This document shows, one piece after another, positions 1 through 15,573 of a DNA stretch of 64,000 nucleotides. Within the stretch, counting starts at the first letter, position 1; each line of letters opens with the position of its first letter. The notes under the pieces are model-generated. The model was not told the origin of the DNA. It worked only from the letters and a program-made list of their open reading frames with translations, and searched no databases. A program made the translations under genes and the position numbers. Source of the DNA: Syncephalis fuscata S228 (taxonomy: Eukaryota; Fungi; Zoopagomycota); the NCBI GenBank assembly GCA_025786725.1, contig JAHLTZ010000042.1, positions 110,050 to 174,049 of the forward strand, written 5' to 3'.

Positions 1-66
1 CTAACAAAAAGTACGTAAATACATTAATGCACCATTTATCACTAATTTTATTAAATTTTAATTAGA

Positions 67-1323
<1,257 letters not shown>

Positions 1324-1874
1324 GAATCTTTCTATATACATATTAGCAATGATGAGCGACAATTATAATAAAATAGTCTTGCATTGTTTACTGTATTACA
1401 CGTTGACAGATTACATTTACATTCTACATCAATTATCTATTTGTATACACACACATAATTTACTGATCAATTATTAATCATTACTAGAACGCATTGCTAT
1501 AACGGGTACTCAAGAATAAAAAAGTGAATGAGTAAATGAGTGAATGAATGAACGAGAAATAGTAACGTTATAGCGATATAGATCATAGTCATTATATAAA
1601 GCACGGCTACCAATATTATCCACTAACTAAAGTGAGATTTTATCAACATCAATAAAAATAAACCACCAAAGAACAATGAAAGTGAAAAGAACGGGATAAT
1701 CAATGAACGAATAATAAAACTAATAGTAGTAGTAAGTAGTAAGTAGTAATAGTAGTAGTTGTGTAGTGGCAGTTTAAGACATGGCTTAGAAAATAAACCA
1801 TCATCTCTAGATCAGTATGGGTATCGATAACATTGGGCGGCACTATCTTCGTTATTCGTCGTTATATTGATGAT

Positions 1875-1912
1875 TTGTGTGTGTGTGTGTGTATGTTTGT
1901 TTGTGTGTGTAT
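1875..1912. repeat. (TG)n microsatellite, imperfect
   Basis: Direct reading tgtgtgtgtgtgtgtgtatgtttgtttgtgtgtgt, downstream of the PBS2-like stop. Confidence 0.8.
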
Positions 1913-2059
1913 GCATACATTGCATGTAGGCTTGCGAGTGCACGTAGCGTTATCTTATGAATAAATGCCCAACAGTACTAACGGTGAACATGATAGTTGT
2001 AGAAGAAGTGAAGAACGAAGAAAAGTAATAACGTTACTAATATAGTATAATATAATATT

Positions 2060-3603
2060 CTAAGCAGATGTTGTCGTTGTCGTCGTGGTCTTCTTTTCCC
2101 GTTCTAATCGCGCCTCATAAGCCCGTTCCGCCCAACCGCGCATATCAACATCTTCATCGGCATATTTGCATAAGAAAGGATGTTCCTATAATAAATAGTA
2201 TATAAGTAATGGTTATTAAATCAGCTGTATTACTTACCAATATTCGCCATAAGTTGGTCGTTCATTGGCTTCTCGTTTAAGACTAGTTATTATAAGCAAT
2301 TATCATTAACAATGGATTATCTTAATGGCTTCATTGCAGCTTACCATTGTTGAATAAAGTCACGAGCCTCGTCAGAATATTGTTCTGGTAATTCACGTGC
2401 CTCACCCTTTACAATTGATTGTAATTGCATATAGACAGTGTCTACAGGGAATGGATATTCAGCAAGGGCCACCTCGAGTAAAGAGACGCCGAGAGACCAG
2501 ACATCTGATGAGGCTGTATATGTAACTGCTTCTGGTGAAGCAATACGCTCAGGCTAGATAGTATATAATAAATAGTAATAAAGCATTAATATAATATATA
2601 TAATATGTAACATATAATTACTTACCGCCATATAACTATGACAGCCAATATGGGTTTTAGCTAGTGACTGTACCAATTGACCCGATACACCAAAGTCACA
2701 CAATTTTACCTCGCCTTTGGTATTGACAAGAACATTCGTTGGTTTAACGTCTAGTTGTATTCATATTAAACAATTAATTAATTAATTGATTAATTAAATA
2801 TTAATGGTTTAATAATTACCTCGATGAATGATTGACAGTTCATCTTTTAACAATTTCAATCCTTTAACCATCTAATTAATTAATTAATAATTGATTTAAT
2901 TAAATCAAATTCAATTAAAATACAAACTTGTTATTAATTACGTCTTTTAATTTACATATTTTTTATATCATCGCACAGCTATATAGTATAATCATGATAA
3001 TCACTTACTGATTCAGTAATTTTCGCCAACACATCCTCCTCGACGCCAATCGTATAAAGTCGGTCCAGAGATCCAGCATCCATGTATTCCATGCAGTAAT
3101 AGACACAACTCTCAATGAAGAAAGCACCATAGAATTCGACAATTAACGGTGAGTGAGATTTATTGAGCACGTCTAGCTCCATTAGAATCTGGTTAAGCCG
3201 GTTCTGATCAAGTTCAAGACGCGTTTCCTTCATGGCCATAATAACATTGGTCGGTCGATGGAGTACCTTTTTAACAACACCGTATTGACCAGCACCCAAG
3301 TCATCCAACAACTGAAGTTCTCCCATGTTAATTTTATAGCTTTTTCCACTGCTGAAATCAACGCCTTGAGCGTGAAGTACCGCCTTTCCATCAAAGTTTA
3401 ATTTACCCGACGGATCCCTATATAATTAGCCGCATAGATTAATAATCCATAGCTCTATCGTCATAGCACTCAAGAACAATAGCCGGATATGGCGCTTGTA
3501 GTAAAACTTACACAAATTTAGAGAAATTCGCAAAGGGCGTGGTCGTTGCTGATAATTCAGGCATAGAACCGAGAGCCAATGCCATACCCCTTCTCGGCTT
3601 CAT
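2060..3603 (-). CDS. PBS2: STE7-family MAP kinase kinase, Pbs2/Wis1-like, multi-exon
   Basis: '[34 protein letters not shown]' motif, GAGQYG, '[12 protein letters not shown]', DFG, 'SLAKTHIGC' activation loop, APER. Confidence 0.9.
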
Positions 3604-4405
3604 GTTTTCTGTATTTGCGGTATTTAAACAAAGACAAGCGAATCAATACCAATGAGAGAAGAAGAGAAACAAGAAAACCCAGACGAATGGATGAACAGCA
3701 GCAACTAAATAGACCAGTAAGCACAGTCACTATTCACTTGTAGTGGTTTGAAAAATACAAGATTATAAGTAGACGGGCTATTGCTAATCCACAAATAGTA
3801 GAACTAGTGAAGTTTAAAGTAGAACCTTCAGATGACAAAAGAAAGAAAGAAGGAAGAAGGAAAGAAAAGAAGAATCCTCCGTAGCAGTATGAGTTGACAT
3901 AAAAGACACACGCATATGCACATCCACACTCACTCACACTTTACACTTTACACTTGCACAAATAACACACAAATACACACACAAATACACACACAGATAC
4001 GTACTAGGAAAGAATCGACATGAGGTGGGTGACACGTCGCGCGTTCTTTCTTTTGTTCATTTACTTATTTAGGTCGATGTTGTCACATGGTAAAATGTAA
4101 ATGTATGTTGTAGATGTTTAATATCGATTGATTAAAGATAATATGGCCAAACAGTTGGTCTATAGTGTGATCAGTGTATTTCTATATGGATGACTCAAAT
4201 CCACGTCATAAATGACCTTTGTTATAGCGACATTAATCATCATTAATCAATGGATTAATCAATAGTTAAAAATGTGGATTATTTTTCTTTTTGGTCTACG
4301 TGTACCCCTTTAACACTCACCCACAAATACCTCTCACTGCTTACGATACGTAACTACTACGGCCTTGTTGTATTGCTTATCCTTACCATATCTACTACTT
4401 GCACT

Positions 4406-5767
4406 ATGAAGTTAACTTTTAAGACACTCCAGCAGGAACAATTCCATTTGGAAGTAGAGCCCGAAGCTACAGTGAGTATATGCTAGATCAAAGTATACTA
4501 GATCAGTCAACTCATAATATATATATTGTGTATATTATATAGATTTTGTCTGTAAAGCAAAAGATCAACGAGGAACGTGGCTTTGGCGAAGCAACTCAAA
4601 AGCTTATCTATTCCGGTAAGTTGTTAGGTTCATGTATGCCGTAACACACTAATACTATAGATCTTAGGTAAAATACTGGCCGATGATAAAACAGTGAGCA
4701 GCTATGGCATTTCAGAGAATGGCTTTATTGTTGTAATGGTTACAAAGCCGCCTTCTGCTGCGGCCAGTACATCTAAGGCACCGGCGGCATCAGCATCGAC
4801 AACTGCTAAAGCAGAGACAAAAGTACCGGCCAGCGCATCCACACCATCGACATCTACACCAGCAGCATCGGCTACTACCACTGAGACATCAAGTACTGAA
4901 CAAGCCGAATCAAAATTATCCTCTTCTTCGGCCAGTGAAGCACTTGGTAAGTGTTGTTATTGCTACTACTAGTATATAGCATACAGTCAATCTAATGGCT
5001 GTATAGTGACGGGTGAGCACTTTGAACAGGCTGTACAGAACATGATGGAAATGGGATTCCCACGGGACCAAGTCATGCAAGCCATGCGGGCCAGTTTCAA
5101 TAACCCCGATAGAGCAGTTGAATACTTAATGACGGTATGTTAGAGCATATAGTGTTAATATCACTATAATAGATAGCTTACCTGTCAACGATGTATGTAT
5201 CTAATAGGGTATTCCGGAAGGACTTGAAGGACCACCATCATCTGCACCAAATATGACAGCATCGGTTGAAGGCGAGGAAGATGGCAATAACATTGCCTTT
5301 TTGCAGTCCAATCCACACTTCCAACGACTACGCCAAGCGGTACACCGTAATCCCGAACTACTTCAGCCTTTACTTCAACAGCTGGCCCAGGCCAATCCTC
5401 GCCTTATGGAGGTAAGTGATCAGCTGATGGACCGATGATGAATGAGTAACGATTAGCACATATTAACTATAGTGTTTTTGTTTAGGTGATTGAACAGAAT
5501 CAAGAAGAGTTTATGCAAATGATGCTAGGTGGATCTGACGAGGATTTTCCCGCTGAAGGTGAAGGAGGTGACTATGTAGAAGGCGCAGAAGGTGAAACTG
5601 GTCTACCTAATGTGCGTTATATTAATGTAACGGCCGAGGAAAAGGAAGCGATTGATCGTCTAGTGGCCATGGGATTTGACCGGGCATTGGCCATTGAAGC
5701 CTATTTGGCCTGTGATAAAAATGAAGAACTAGCGGCTAACTTTTTGTTTGATAATATGCACGATTAA
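4406..5767 (+). CDS. RAD23: UV excision repair protein / ubiquitin shuttle (UbL-UBA-XPC binding-UBA)
   Basis: 'MKLTFKTLQQ' UbL, 'MEMGFPRDQVMQAMRASFNNPDRAVEYL' UBA1, 'NPELLQPLLQQL' XPC-binding, 'AYLACDKNEELAANFLF' UBA2. Confidence 0.96.
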
Positions 5768-6090
5768 ATGAAAGAATAGAACAACGATTATATGTTATTG
5801 TTGTTGTTGTTGTTGTTGAAGATTGAATCCAATGTAGATTGTGCGTTCAACTTGTCCTTTTGGTCCGATTTTATATTATACAAATATTGAGTAATATACT
5901 TGTTTGTTATAAATATACTGGTGCAGTTACTGTGATGGTTAATAATAACACAGCACAGATAAACACTGTTCAATAAATTAGTTTACATTATCGACAATAA
6001 TATTAATATTAATACAGTTCATCTAGATTGTCAAAATTTTCTTTTTTTTTAATTATTATTGCGATTGTCTTTAGTTATTCTACGATCAAT

Positions 6091-6306
6091 ATGTTCAGCT
6101 TTCAACTGCCCAAGCCAACAGAAGAGGAAAAGGCAATGAATCGCCGCAATACAAAGCGTACGGTGACTTCGTTTGTATTTGCGATTGCCGTTCTACGTGC
6201 ATGTAAGTAGATGCTATAGGTGGTTGATTAGAATAAATCTAATTCCTATACTACTTTCTAAATAGTGCCATTCTTTTTGGATATGGGTCGTAAGGCGTTA
6301 CATTAA
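6091..6306 (+). CDS. TOM5: Mitochondrial outer membrane translocase small subunit, 2 exons, ~50 aa
   Basis: MFSFQLPKPTEEEKAMNRRNTKRTVTSFVFAIAVLRA-LPFFLDMGRKALH; size, 'P(S/T)EEE' N-terminus and C-terminal TM with conserved Pro fit fungal Tom5. Confidence 0.75.
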
Positions 6307-6462
6307 TACCGATTCAAGGACGAGGCATATCGTGGCCTACTATTTGCAATCTACGGTCAATCTGTGCATATACTGCTGCCCTATTTGCCATTATGCAATA
6401 AATATATTTCCATTATTATTGACGCTTTTCTTTTATTTTTATACTATTTCTATTTGTATTCA

Positions 6463-8376
6463 ATGCGTGTTCGACTAGAGTTAGTTACTCCTCTGCCTAC
6501 ACTGCGTTGCTGGTACGAGATACCTACGCATGGTGGGCGAGGACAGGAGATTCTATCTATTGCCCAGCTTGAACAGCATATTAAACGAGAATTCAAGATT
6601 GAAAAACACCACTCACTGCGTTTAGATTTAGACGGGTTCCAACTATTGCCAAACGGACGTGTTGGTGGACTAATACGCGATAACGATATTCTATGGTAAT
6701 ACCATTGACTAATGGCTATATTTATGTACTAATAATAAACAACCACTATGGTATAGTATCTCTATCAATGAAGATACTAATGATGCAAATACAACTGGTA
6801 CTTTATCTAAATGTAAGTAATACAAGAAATCAATGAAATATGTGTTTGTCAAATAGCGTCAATGTATTTAACAAGCTTTATTGCATTATTTATAAGCAGC
6901 TAGTAATAAATCAGCAAAACGAAAAAGCATTCCATCATCGAGTAGTTCAGAAACAAGTGAATCAAGCAGCAGTGACGAATCTGATGTTTCTAAGACGAAG
7001 CATATGAAGGTACAGCCAAAAAAGCAATTGGTGAAAAGCAAACAAAAAGCAGTAGTCTCTTCTACTTCAGATAGTAGTAGCGATACCAGTGAAGATAGTG
7101 AAAGTGACAAAGATAGTTCAAGTAGCAGGTAATTAACTGTTAATAATAGATAAATAATAGACTGTTTGGTTAATATTGATGGTGTATAACAGTGAGAGTA
7201 GTCCGGCTGAAATACCAATTCGCAAAGTGCCAGTTGACACGACGGCAGATACTTTAAATTTATCCAAACTTATTCCACCAGGTCAAGGATCAACGGCCAC
7301 TAAGCGGCGTAATATGCGCCGTTTGTTAGCTAAACGACGCAAATTTGAAGCGACACTAGCCGAACAAGGTCAAGAAATGAATGGGAAGGGTCTAGAGGTA
7401 AATAAAGAAAAAGATGAAGATTTGGAACAGGCCAAAGTTCAACAGACAGTAGTGGAGTCTGTTAAACAGCATTCATTACCGGTAAAAAATAAGCCAAAGC
7501 ACTTTACGAAGAAAATGAACGGTGCTGTTCGAACTCATATGCGATTTGATGCGCCTAAATTGGAGACAGCGTCGGTAAGTTAATGATGACAACTTGACAA
7601 CACAATGATTTATTATGTCGTATTTAGATGTCTATGGATGATGAAACTGACTTAAATACAGTCAGAGATACTGCCACTCCATCCAAACTAATTGTTACTG
7701 CAGTACAATTTCACGGTAGTCAACAATGCCAAGACTGGTGGGAATACCGAACAGAGCCGATACTTGAAAATAACTTTGCACCAAATACAACACTACAATC
7801 TAGTCAGACAAAGCGTAATACAACAACAAAACAACACAATATACACTGGATACCAAGGAAGAAGCAGTTTTGCCTGATACTGCGGTAAAAGCCACAGTAC
7901 AGAAACAAGATTATAGCACAATGCCGGCACTTCATGCTTTACCAGTAGTGGGACAATTGTTAGCATTTAAGGTGGATAATTAGCCATTTATATAAAATAA
8001 CACATTACTAACTGATATGACAGCAACTAGAAATGTCGGAGACATATACGCCTGAAATATCAGATTATAAGGTAGGTAGAATATTAGTAGTAGTAGTAGT
8101 AGTCACTAATATCAAGTTGATGATAATTAGGAAGCAACGGTACTTGCATACGATCCAACTACCGATAAAGTGACTTTAAAGCTATCGGCTGATTCTATAC
8201 CTACTCCTGCACCGCCTAAAGACAAAGAAGACGAGGAAGACGAGGAAGAAAGGCCCCGTAGACGATTTGAAATGGAGTTGAACGATGATGAGTATATTAT
8301 GGAAGGCCAACAAATAGAATCGGTTATAACGATTGATCGTAATACAATGCTTGAAACCAGATTAGTATCCACGTAG
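6463..8376 (+). CDS. Coilin-like Cajal body protein, multi-exon
   Basis: N-terminal 'MRVRL...LDGFQLLP....LIRDND', Ser/acidic tracts, 'PPGQGSTATKRRNMRR' and Tudor-like C-terminus 'LAFK-LEMSETYTPEISDYK-EATV'. Confidence 0.75.
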
Positions 8377-8920
8377 CTATTAGTAAAAATATAATTCTTA
8401 ATTAAATCATAATAAAATTATATTATCTGAAATTTATTATGTATCTATAAATAACAGTGCTTGAAATAATACACAATACACAAATTTATTTAGTTGATAA
8501 AAGAAATAACATATATATATAAGATTATAATATAAACACAAATAATTAAATAATAGATTATAAATTATTACTTTAAATTAGCTAAAAAAACTACTAGCCA
8601 GGGTGATTATTTACACAACAAAGCGATTAGTAATATAGATTACTACAAAAGATTAGCCTATTGCTTAATTATTTAGCTACGTACTCGTTAGAAAAAGCGT
8701 AGCAATGTATCATTTTTCGTTAAAGGACTCGATAGCGCTTACAGCTTCGTTTGCTTCACACGTCTTCGGTGTAGACTTTGTGGCAAAACTTTGCCATACC
8801 AGTGATTCGCCCATGTAGTTTTTGGTAAAATCTGTTGATGTCATTGTTTCGTCGATTTTAATACTTAGTTGATTGGTTGATTCGTTCGGACTTCTTTAGA
8901 TAAGCTAGCTTGGTGCTTTT

Positions 8921-9945
8921 CTAAAACGGTGTCTTTTCTAAAAAGCAATGACAAATAGCCAGCTGTGTGGATGGATAGATAATACCATACAATAGCATAG
9001 CGAACGAAGCATGCCACCAACTGTTACTAGCTGAGCTGCTTTTAAGTAGCCAAATTGGAATGCCTAAAACCCAACCGCTAACGTTTGCTATGATCATAAT
9101 TAAAAAGAATTTTCGAAAACGTATAGCTGAAGTTCTTTTTCCTGATATTTCATTTTGGAGGCGTTTACAGCATGTAATATAAGTGTTTAGGATACGATCA
9201 AAACGATAGCAGTAATAGAGCGACATAATTACGGTTATTCCATTAATGATAGAATAACTAGCTACGTATAATTGATTTGCTAGCTCCAAATACCGGTGTT
9301 GTTTATTCTCGTCGATATAGCCTATCCATGTGCTAATAGCAACGATTATAATTGAAGGAACTAAACCGAGACAAATATTAATCCAGAATAAAACAGCGGC
9401 GGATGGTATAAATAAAATGCGCCTTTTCTTTAGAATTGTTTTGCTACCGTCGGCATTGATGATGTTTGAGTTGGATTGCGTATTGAATACTTATTACTAT
9501 TGCTGCTGCGTTCACTAGAATGATAGGACTGATACACATGTACTGGCGGGATATAGGAAATGATCCCCGTCAATGCCACCATTCCAATGCCGGTGATAAT
9601 GGCTGTGTAAATGCCATTAATAACATCGTAGAACAATCGACTTTTTGGCCAATTGGCCAGCATGGATAATAAATATAGAGTGCGTAAAATAATAGCAACA
9701 GTGAAACCTAGTAATAATATATCAATGGGTTGTGCAATGTAATAATCGTCGACACGTCGAAACAACGAGGCGGAGACGCCATTATGTTTTCGACAGTATA
9801 ATGTGTAAACACCGTATACACTGGCTGCTAAATAGGTGAGAAAACATACTATAACAACATAGAAAAACACTTTTTTTGGCTGACAATTAAATCCATCAAG
9901 TTCAGCAAAGCATGGACCATGCGGCGGCTGATTTGAGTTATTCAT
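8921..9945 (-). CDS. Lineage-specific multi-pass (7TM/GPCR-like) membrane protein, intronless, split by a 1-nt indel near 9440
   Basis: Two hydrophobic ORFs (9430-9945, 8921-9289) join if one A is restored in the A-run near 9440; N-terminal Cys pair (PCFAELDGFNC) followed by about 7 hydrophobic segments. Confidence 0.65.
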
Positions 9946-11534
9946 AATGGCAGTTAATGATGTTAAATACTTAAGGTATTAGAGTTATAAAAATAAAAAC
10001 CGTCAAGGTATTTGCAAGCAGAGGAATTGAACGAACATGACAAGGTCTGCTGGTGTTAAAAGATTCATGTGATATATTTAATAACAAGTTTTAATGCCAC
10101 ACAATGATAACAAGTAAACGAGAATACATGAGGGGTGTAACAAGTCTAGCACGTGCACTAAAAAGTACTGTCAATTTCTAGCACACCATCAGACTATTTA
10201 TTTTATCACTAGTACTCCGTACCTTGTAAATGAAATCTAATTTGCTTTAGTTTTAAAAAATAGGACTGCTTTCCTTGAACAGTATCGGATAATCAGTGTT
10301 AGGTTTGATTTAGTTGGATAGCTTGTTAATGCCAGAGTTGCTTTATAGTAAAAGCATAAGGAAATGGTATTAATATTTACATAAACTCAAATTATTTGAA
10401 CAATATTTTAATTGGTAATATTTTGTAATGCACTATTGTAATTGTTAATGGAATAGGTATAAAGACATGTACGCTAGTTGATGAATTTACCTCAATCGTT
10501 TCAATACTGCTACTGGCACTGCGATGCTATGATTTAGGCTAATTTATTGAAATGTTATACTTAGCAATAATAAATCTTTTACTTGTTATTTAGCGCACTG
10601 TGTTATTTGGTAATATGCCAAATAATCGTTTGTTCAAGCGTAACTATTGTAATATCGATATTAAAGTATCCATTAGACATATTTTGTAAATCAACTTAGA
10701 CGATCGTGTTTGATATCGGAATAGTTTAATCGTCAGATTTGAATCATAAGCCATGATTGTCACCAAATATCAGTCGTTGAAAAAGACTATCAGCTTGTAT
10801 TGTCTGTTATACTGCATATAATTTTTACCGTGCTGTAGTTAAATTATGACCGATATATCAGTTATATACTTCACTTTGACGCTTCTATATAAGCCTATTA
10901 ACAATATAAAAATCAATGCTATAAAAGTTATTAATGTGCTGCTGACCCTTTATGTTCAGCATAATATTATTGTTAGCAGAATGTTATGCTAATAATCATA
11001 GTAAATTTCTGCTTATTAGCACTTTTTAAATTAGTTTTATTAATCATTCATGCAACCATCATAAATAGAGCGCAATATATGTTGCACTGGTTGTTAAATA
11101 AATAAATAAACTTGGTTATGAGATTTCTATACTTTAAGCTAGCTATTGTAGTAAAACAAAGATTGGCATATTAAATATTACAAATAATTATATCTTGTGA
11201 TTTGTGCAAAGTTGGTAATGCGGTATTTATTGATATCTGAATCATTGCTGCAAGCAATATCAATCACTTTATAGATGGCCATAGGTCGTGTGGGTCAGAT
11301 TATGCTTTGTTTTTTGATGATTGTTATAGTCGTGTCTAGAAGTTTTGAATGCTAGTGGCCTCAGTTGGGAATGCCCCATCTTGTTAAAACCTGTTTATAC
11401 ATTGCCCGGTAGAGGACATTTCAAGGTGTCTGATAGCGAAAGGATAAACTTTTTGTTTCTCATATTTTCAATACTCGCCGCCACATATTTAGTAGTCTTG
11501 GATATGCTATTATATAGCTATTTATATTGCAAAA

Positions 11535-12504
11535 ATGTATAATAGTAGCCGAGAGGGAGAGCTGAATGGCTATCAGTTTATTATGGAGGCATATGGTGAT
11601 AATACTGTTTTTCGGCGACGTTATATAGCTGTCCATTTACAGCTATTTCTTGTTTGATTATGATTTTATGTTTTGTGCGTAATGCATATCGGGCTATTTG
11701 TGCGATGTGTAAAAATCCGCGTAAAATAGCGCCATGGTGCTGTATTACAATGACAGTTGGTGGAATACTCTCGTTCTCCAATCCCCTGGCTTTCCAGACA
11801 CCATAGGCCTTCATGCTCTTCAGGAGTACTTCAAATTCTCGTTGGCATGACACTATATACAATGGCCACAAACTGTATACTGTTTGAGCGAGCCTATCTT
11901 GCGCAACAGAAAAGCCGGTGGATACTGGCAGCTGGTGTACTTGCAGTTGCAATTCCTGGGCCAGCATACGCAGTCGCCATATGGTATTTGGCCACGCCAA
12001 CTATATCAGAATTTATTGGATGCCACACGACAAAACATTACATGCTTCCTTATATTCGGATCATGCTCGACCTTCCAGCCCATATTATTTTTTCTGTAGT
12101 GTTTTTCCTAGTATTATACAAACGATATAAAACATACCGTGAAGGTTGCTGGAAACACTTAGCGCGTGATGGCGTTATTACTATGCTATTGGTTATTGCA
12201 TCAAATATAATATGCTGCCTGGTAAACACAATTGCCATTGCCAAAGATGTTGGAGATATGTTTTATATTATGGACTGGTAAGCAACGATTATATTGGCAT
12301 AGCAGTGTTTACTAACTATCGTGCAGGTTGGTTGCATCTACGTTACTTGTCGAATACCAGTATAAAATAAGTTCTTCTGCTTATATAAAAAAGACAAGCG
12401 CAAATAACATCGGATTTACACCAGTAGAATTTGCCAATTCTGTGGAAGGCATAACACGAACAAAATTTACTCATCTTTGGTCAGAATTCACTATTAGAAA
12501 ATAG
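11535..12504 (+). CDS. Multi-pass membrane protein family copy 1, frameshifted (indels near 11655 and 11805)
   Basis: Shares 'GELNGYQFIMEAY', 'PWCCI', 'ILFERAYLA', 'LDLP', 'RDG' and a single intron after 'DW' with copies 2-4. Confidence 0.75.
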
Positions 12505-13155
12505 TACAATCTATAAATATGAGACATGTACTGTAGAGTATTGCAGTCGACAATAATACAACTGCAATTCATATTGGTATAACTTATTTATTCACATTTT
12601 ATTTCGTTTATTAAATACCAATACGCATCAAATGACATTTAATAATACAGTTGATTTATAATTCTGTCAAGCTAAAAAATTATTTAAATTACAACTATAG
12701 CTATGACGCTATTCTGCTATTGAAAACAATGCATTGGTTTAATAAATATAAACTGTTTAGAACTAATATATCAGTGTTGAACAGTATTTGCTATTTATTT
12801 ATTCATAGTTTTACTAACAATTAGATAAATCAAGCCAGTCGATTAAATACGCAATGATTATAGTCATTTAAAGTAGAGTATGGTGGTGTGTGTGAAAGAC
12901 ATTTACAATAGTCAGCCGTTTTAGCATTAGTACAGTACAATTCTATGGAGCGCTCATGCTTTTGATTAGCCCCATAATAAATACATCCGTACCAAAACTG
13001 GTTTATGCACAAGCATGCAAAGGAGTATGGTGAATTAAACACTGAGAATCACACGGTACGAAAAAGTCAACACTTATCATTGCGTTCTTTTTAATTCTGA
13101 TACCATTCTTAATTACTTAATATTTTTGCAAGCGTGTGTTTTAATATATATAACC

Positions 13156-14130
13156 ATGAGATATAAAAGTCACACAGGAGAGTTGAATGGATATCAGTTT
13201 ATTATGGAAGCATACCATGACAAAGCTCTTTTTCAACGACGCTTTGTAGCTGTTAACTTTCAAGTATTTCTTATTATCACAGTAGCATTATTGTTTATAC
13301 GCAATTTTTATCGAGCTATTTGCGCATTAATGATGCATCCATACAGAATTGCATCATGGTGCTGTATTGTAATGACATTTGTTGGTGTATTAACGTTTAT
13401 AACTCCAATGCTATTCGAATCGTCATTTGGCCCAACGTGTTCGACATCTGTAATACAAATCGCAATTGGTCTTACGATATCCACGATAGCCACAAACATC
13501 ATATTGTTTGAGCGGGCCTATCTTGCACATCAGCGTAATCGATGGCTACTGGTTATTGGTCTAGTTGCAATTGTAGTGCCTCCTCCATTATATGTAGTTT
13601 CCATGTGGTTTTTAGCTATACCATATATATCAGACTATGTTGGCTGCTATACGCAAAATGATTATTGGCTTCCATACATCCGACTTACTATTGATTTACC
13701 ACCAAATATTATTTTTTCTGTAGTATTTTTACTAGTGGTTTATCGACGATATACTACATATCACGAAGGATGCTGGAGAGAGCTGGCACGTGATGGAATT
13801 ATTACTATGTTGTTGGTTGTTTTTTCCAACATGGTATGCTTTATCTTCAACATATCAAATATTTTAAAGGAATTTGGTAATATGCTTTATGTCACGGATT
13901 GGTAGGTTAAAAACATAACACTGGCGTATCATTGACTTACATAAACTATAAGGTTGATTACATCCACGCTGCTCGTAGAGAATCAATACCGAATTAGCAC
14001 TTCTGCTCATACAAAAAAGGCTGAGAAAAGCAGTGTAAGATTTACTACACGGGGATATGCCAACTCTATAGAAAGCGGGATGCAAACTGAGATTAGCCAT
14101 TTTCCATCACAACTCATAACCAAAGGATGA
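13156..14130 (+). CDS. Multi-pass (GPCR-like) membrane protein family copy 2, intact, 2 exons
   Basis: Long ORF plus intron 13902-13952 and exon 2 to TGA 14128-14130; about 7 hydrophobic helices, Cys before TM3 and in a later loop, 'FERAY' at the DRY-like position. Confidence 0.85.
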
Positions 14131-14595
14131 TTTGATACAGAAATTTATGCAAACTATATAATCTAGGTCGTTTTTATTATCCATAGCACTATTATATAGC
14201 GTGTAACTATTAGCAACTGATTAGTATTGTCTATCCATCCGACGTACGTATGTGACTCTAATTAAGTAAACAAAACAAAGCCTATTGATTTTTCATGCTA
14301 TTGAAATAATACAATGTACCTGATATTAGTTATCATATAGAATAGAATTCCTCCTACAATAATATATTGCTGATCGCTTTTAGCCTTGTGTGCAATTGGT
14401 ATTACTGGTTTATTTCGGGTTTTGGTTAGGTTATGCAAGACGGGATATAGATAACCTGTTTGCACACCATCGTGCAGCTTTTTGTGTCTTAAAGCGACTG
14501 AAACAAACGAACTACCATTGCTCCCTTCCTCTTAATTTTTCGGTTTTTTTAATAGCTTTTGTTTATATAGTCCCTTATACACTTATCTTGTAAAA

Positions 14596-15573
14596 ATGCG
14601 AAATATAACACCCAAGGGGCAATTAAATGGATATCAGTTTATTATGGAGGCGTACCATGACAAAGCTCTTTTTCGGAAACGCTTTATGGCCATTCATTTC
14701 CAGTTATTTCTTGTTGCCATAATGGTATTGCTATCTATACGCAACTCTTATCGAGCTATTCGCGCTCTGATTATATATCCGCACAGAATTGCATCGTGGT
14801 GCTGTATTGTAATGACATTCACTGGCGTGGCGTCGCTTATAACCCCAATGTTTTTCGAATCGCCATTTGGCCCAGAATGTTCAACAGCCGCATTGCAAAT
14901 CATAGTTGGTCTTGCAATATCCACAGCAGCCACAAACATCATATTGTTTGAGCGGGCCTATCTTGCACATCAGCGTAATCGATGGTTGCTGATTATTGGT
15001 CTAATTTCAATTGCGTTGCCTGGCCCAATATATATAACTGCTATGTGGTTTTTATCTACTCCGCATATATCAGACTATGTTGGCTGCTATACACAAAATG
15101 ATTATTGGATTCCATACATCCGACTTACTATTGATTTACCGTCAAATATTATTTTTTCCATAGCGTTTTTCTTGGTGGTTTATCGACGATATACTACATA
15201 TCATGAAGGAGTATGGAAAGAGTTGGGACGCGATGGAATTATTACTATGTTGTTGGTTATTTTTTCCAACATGGTATGCTTCATCTTCAACATATCAAAT
15301 ATTTTTAAAGAGTTCGGTCCTATGCTTTATATCGCTGACTGGTAGGTTAAAAACATAACACTGGCGTATCATTGACTTACATAAACTATAAGGTTGATTA
15401 CATCCACGCTGCTCGTAGAGAATCAATACCGAATTAGCACTTCTACTCATACAAAAAAGGCTGAGAAAAGCAGTGTAAGATTTACTACACGGGGATATGT
15501 CAACTCTATAGAAAGCGGGATGCAAACTGAAATTAGTCATTTTCCATCACAACTCATAACCAAGATGATTTAA
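14596..15573 (+). CDS. Multi-pass (GPCR-like) membrane protein family copy 3, intact, 2 exons
   Basis: 249-aa ORF plus exon 2; close paralog of copy 2. Confidence 0.85.
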
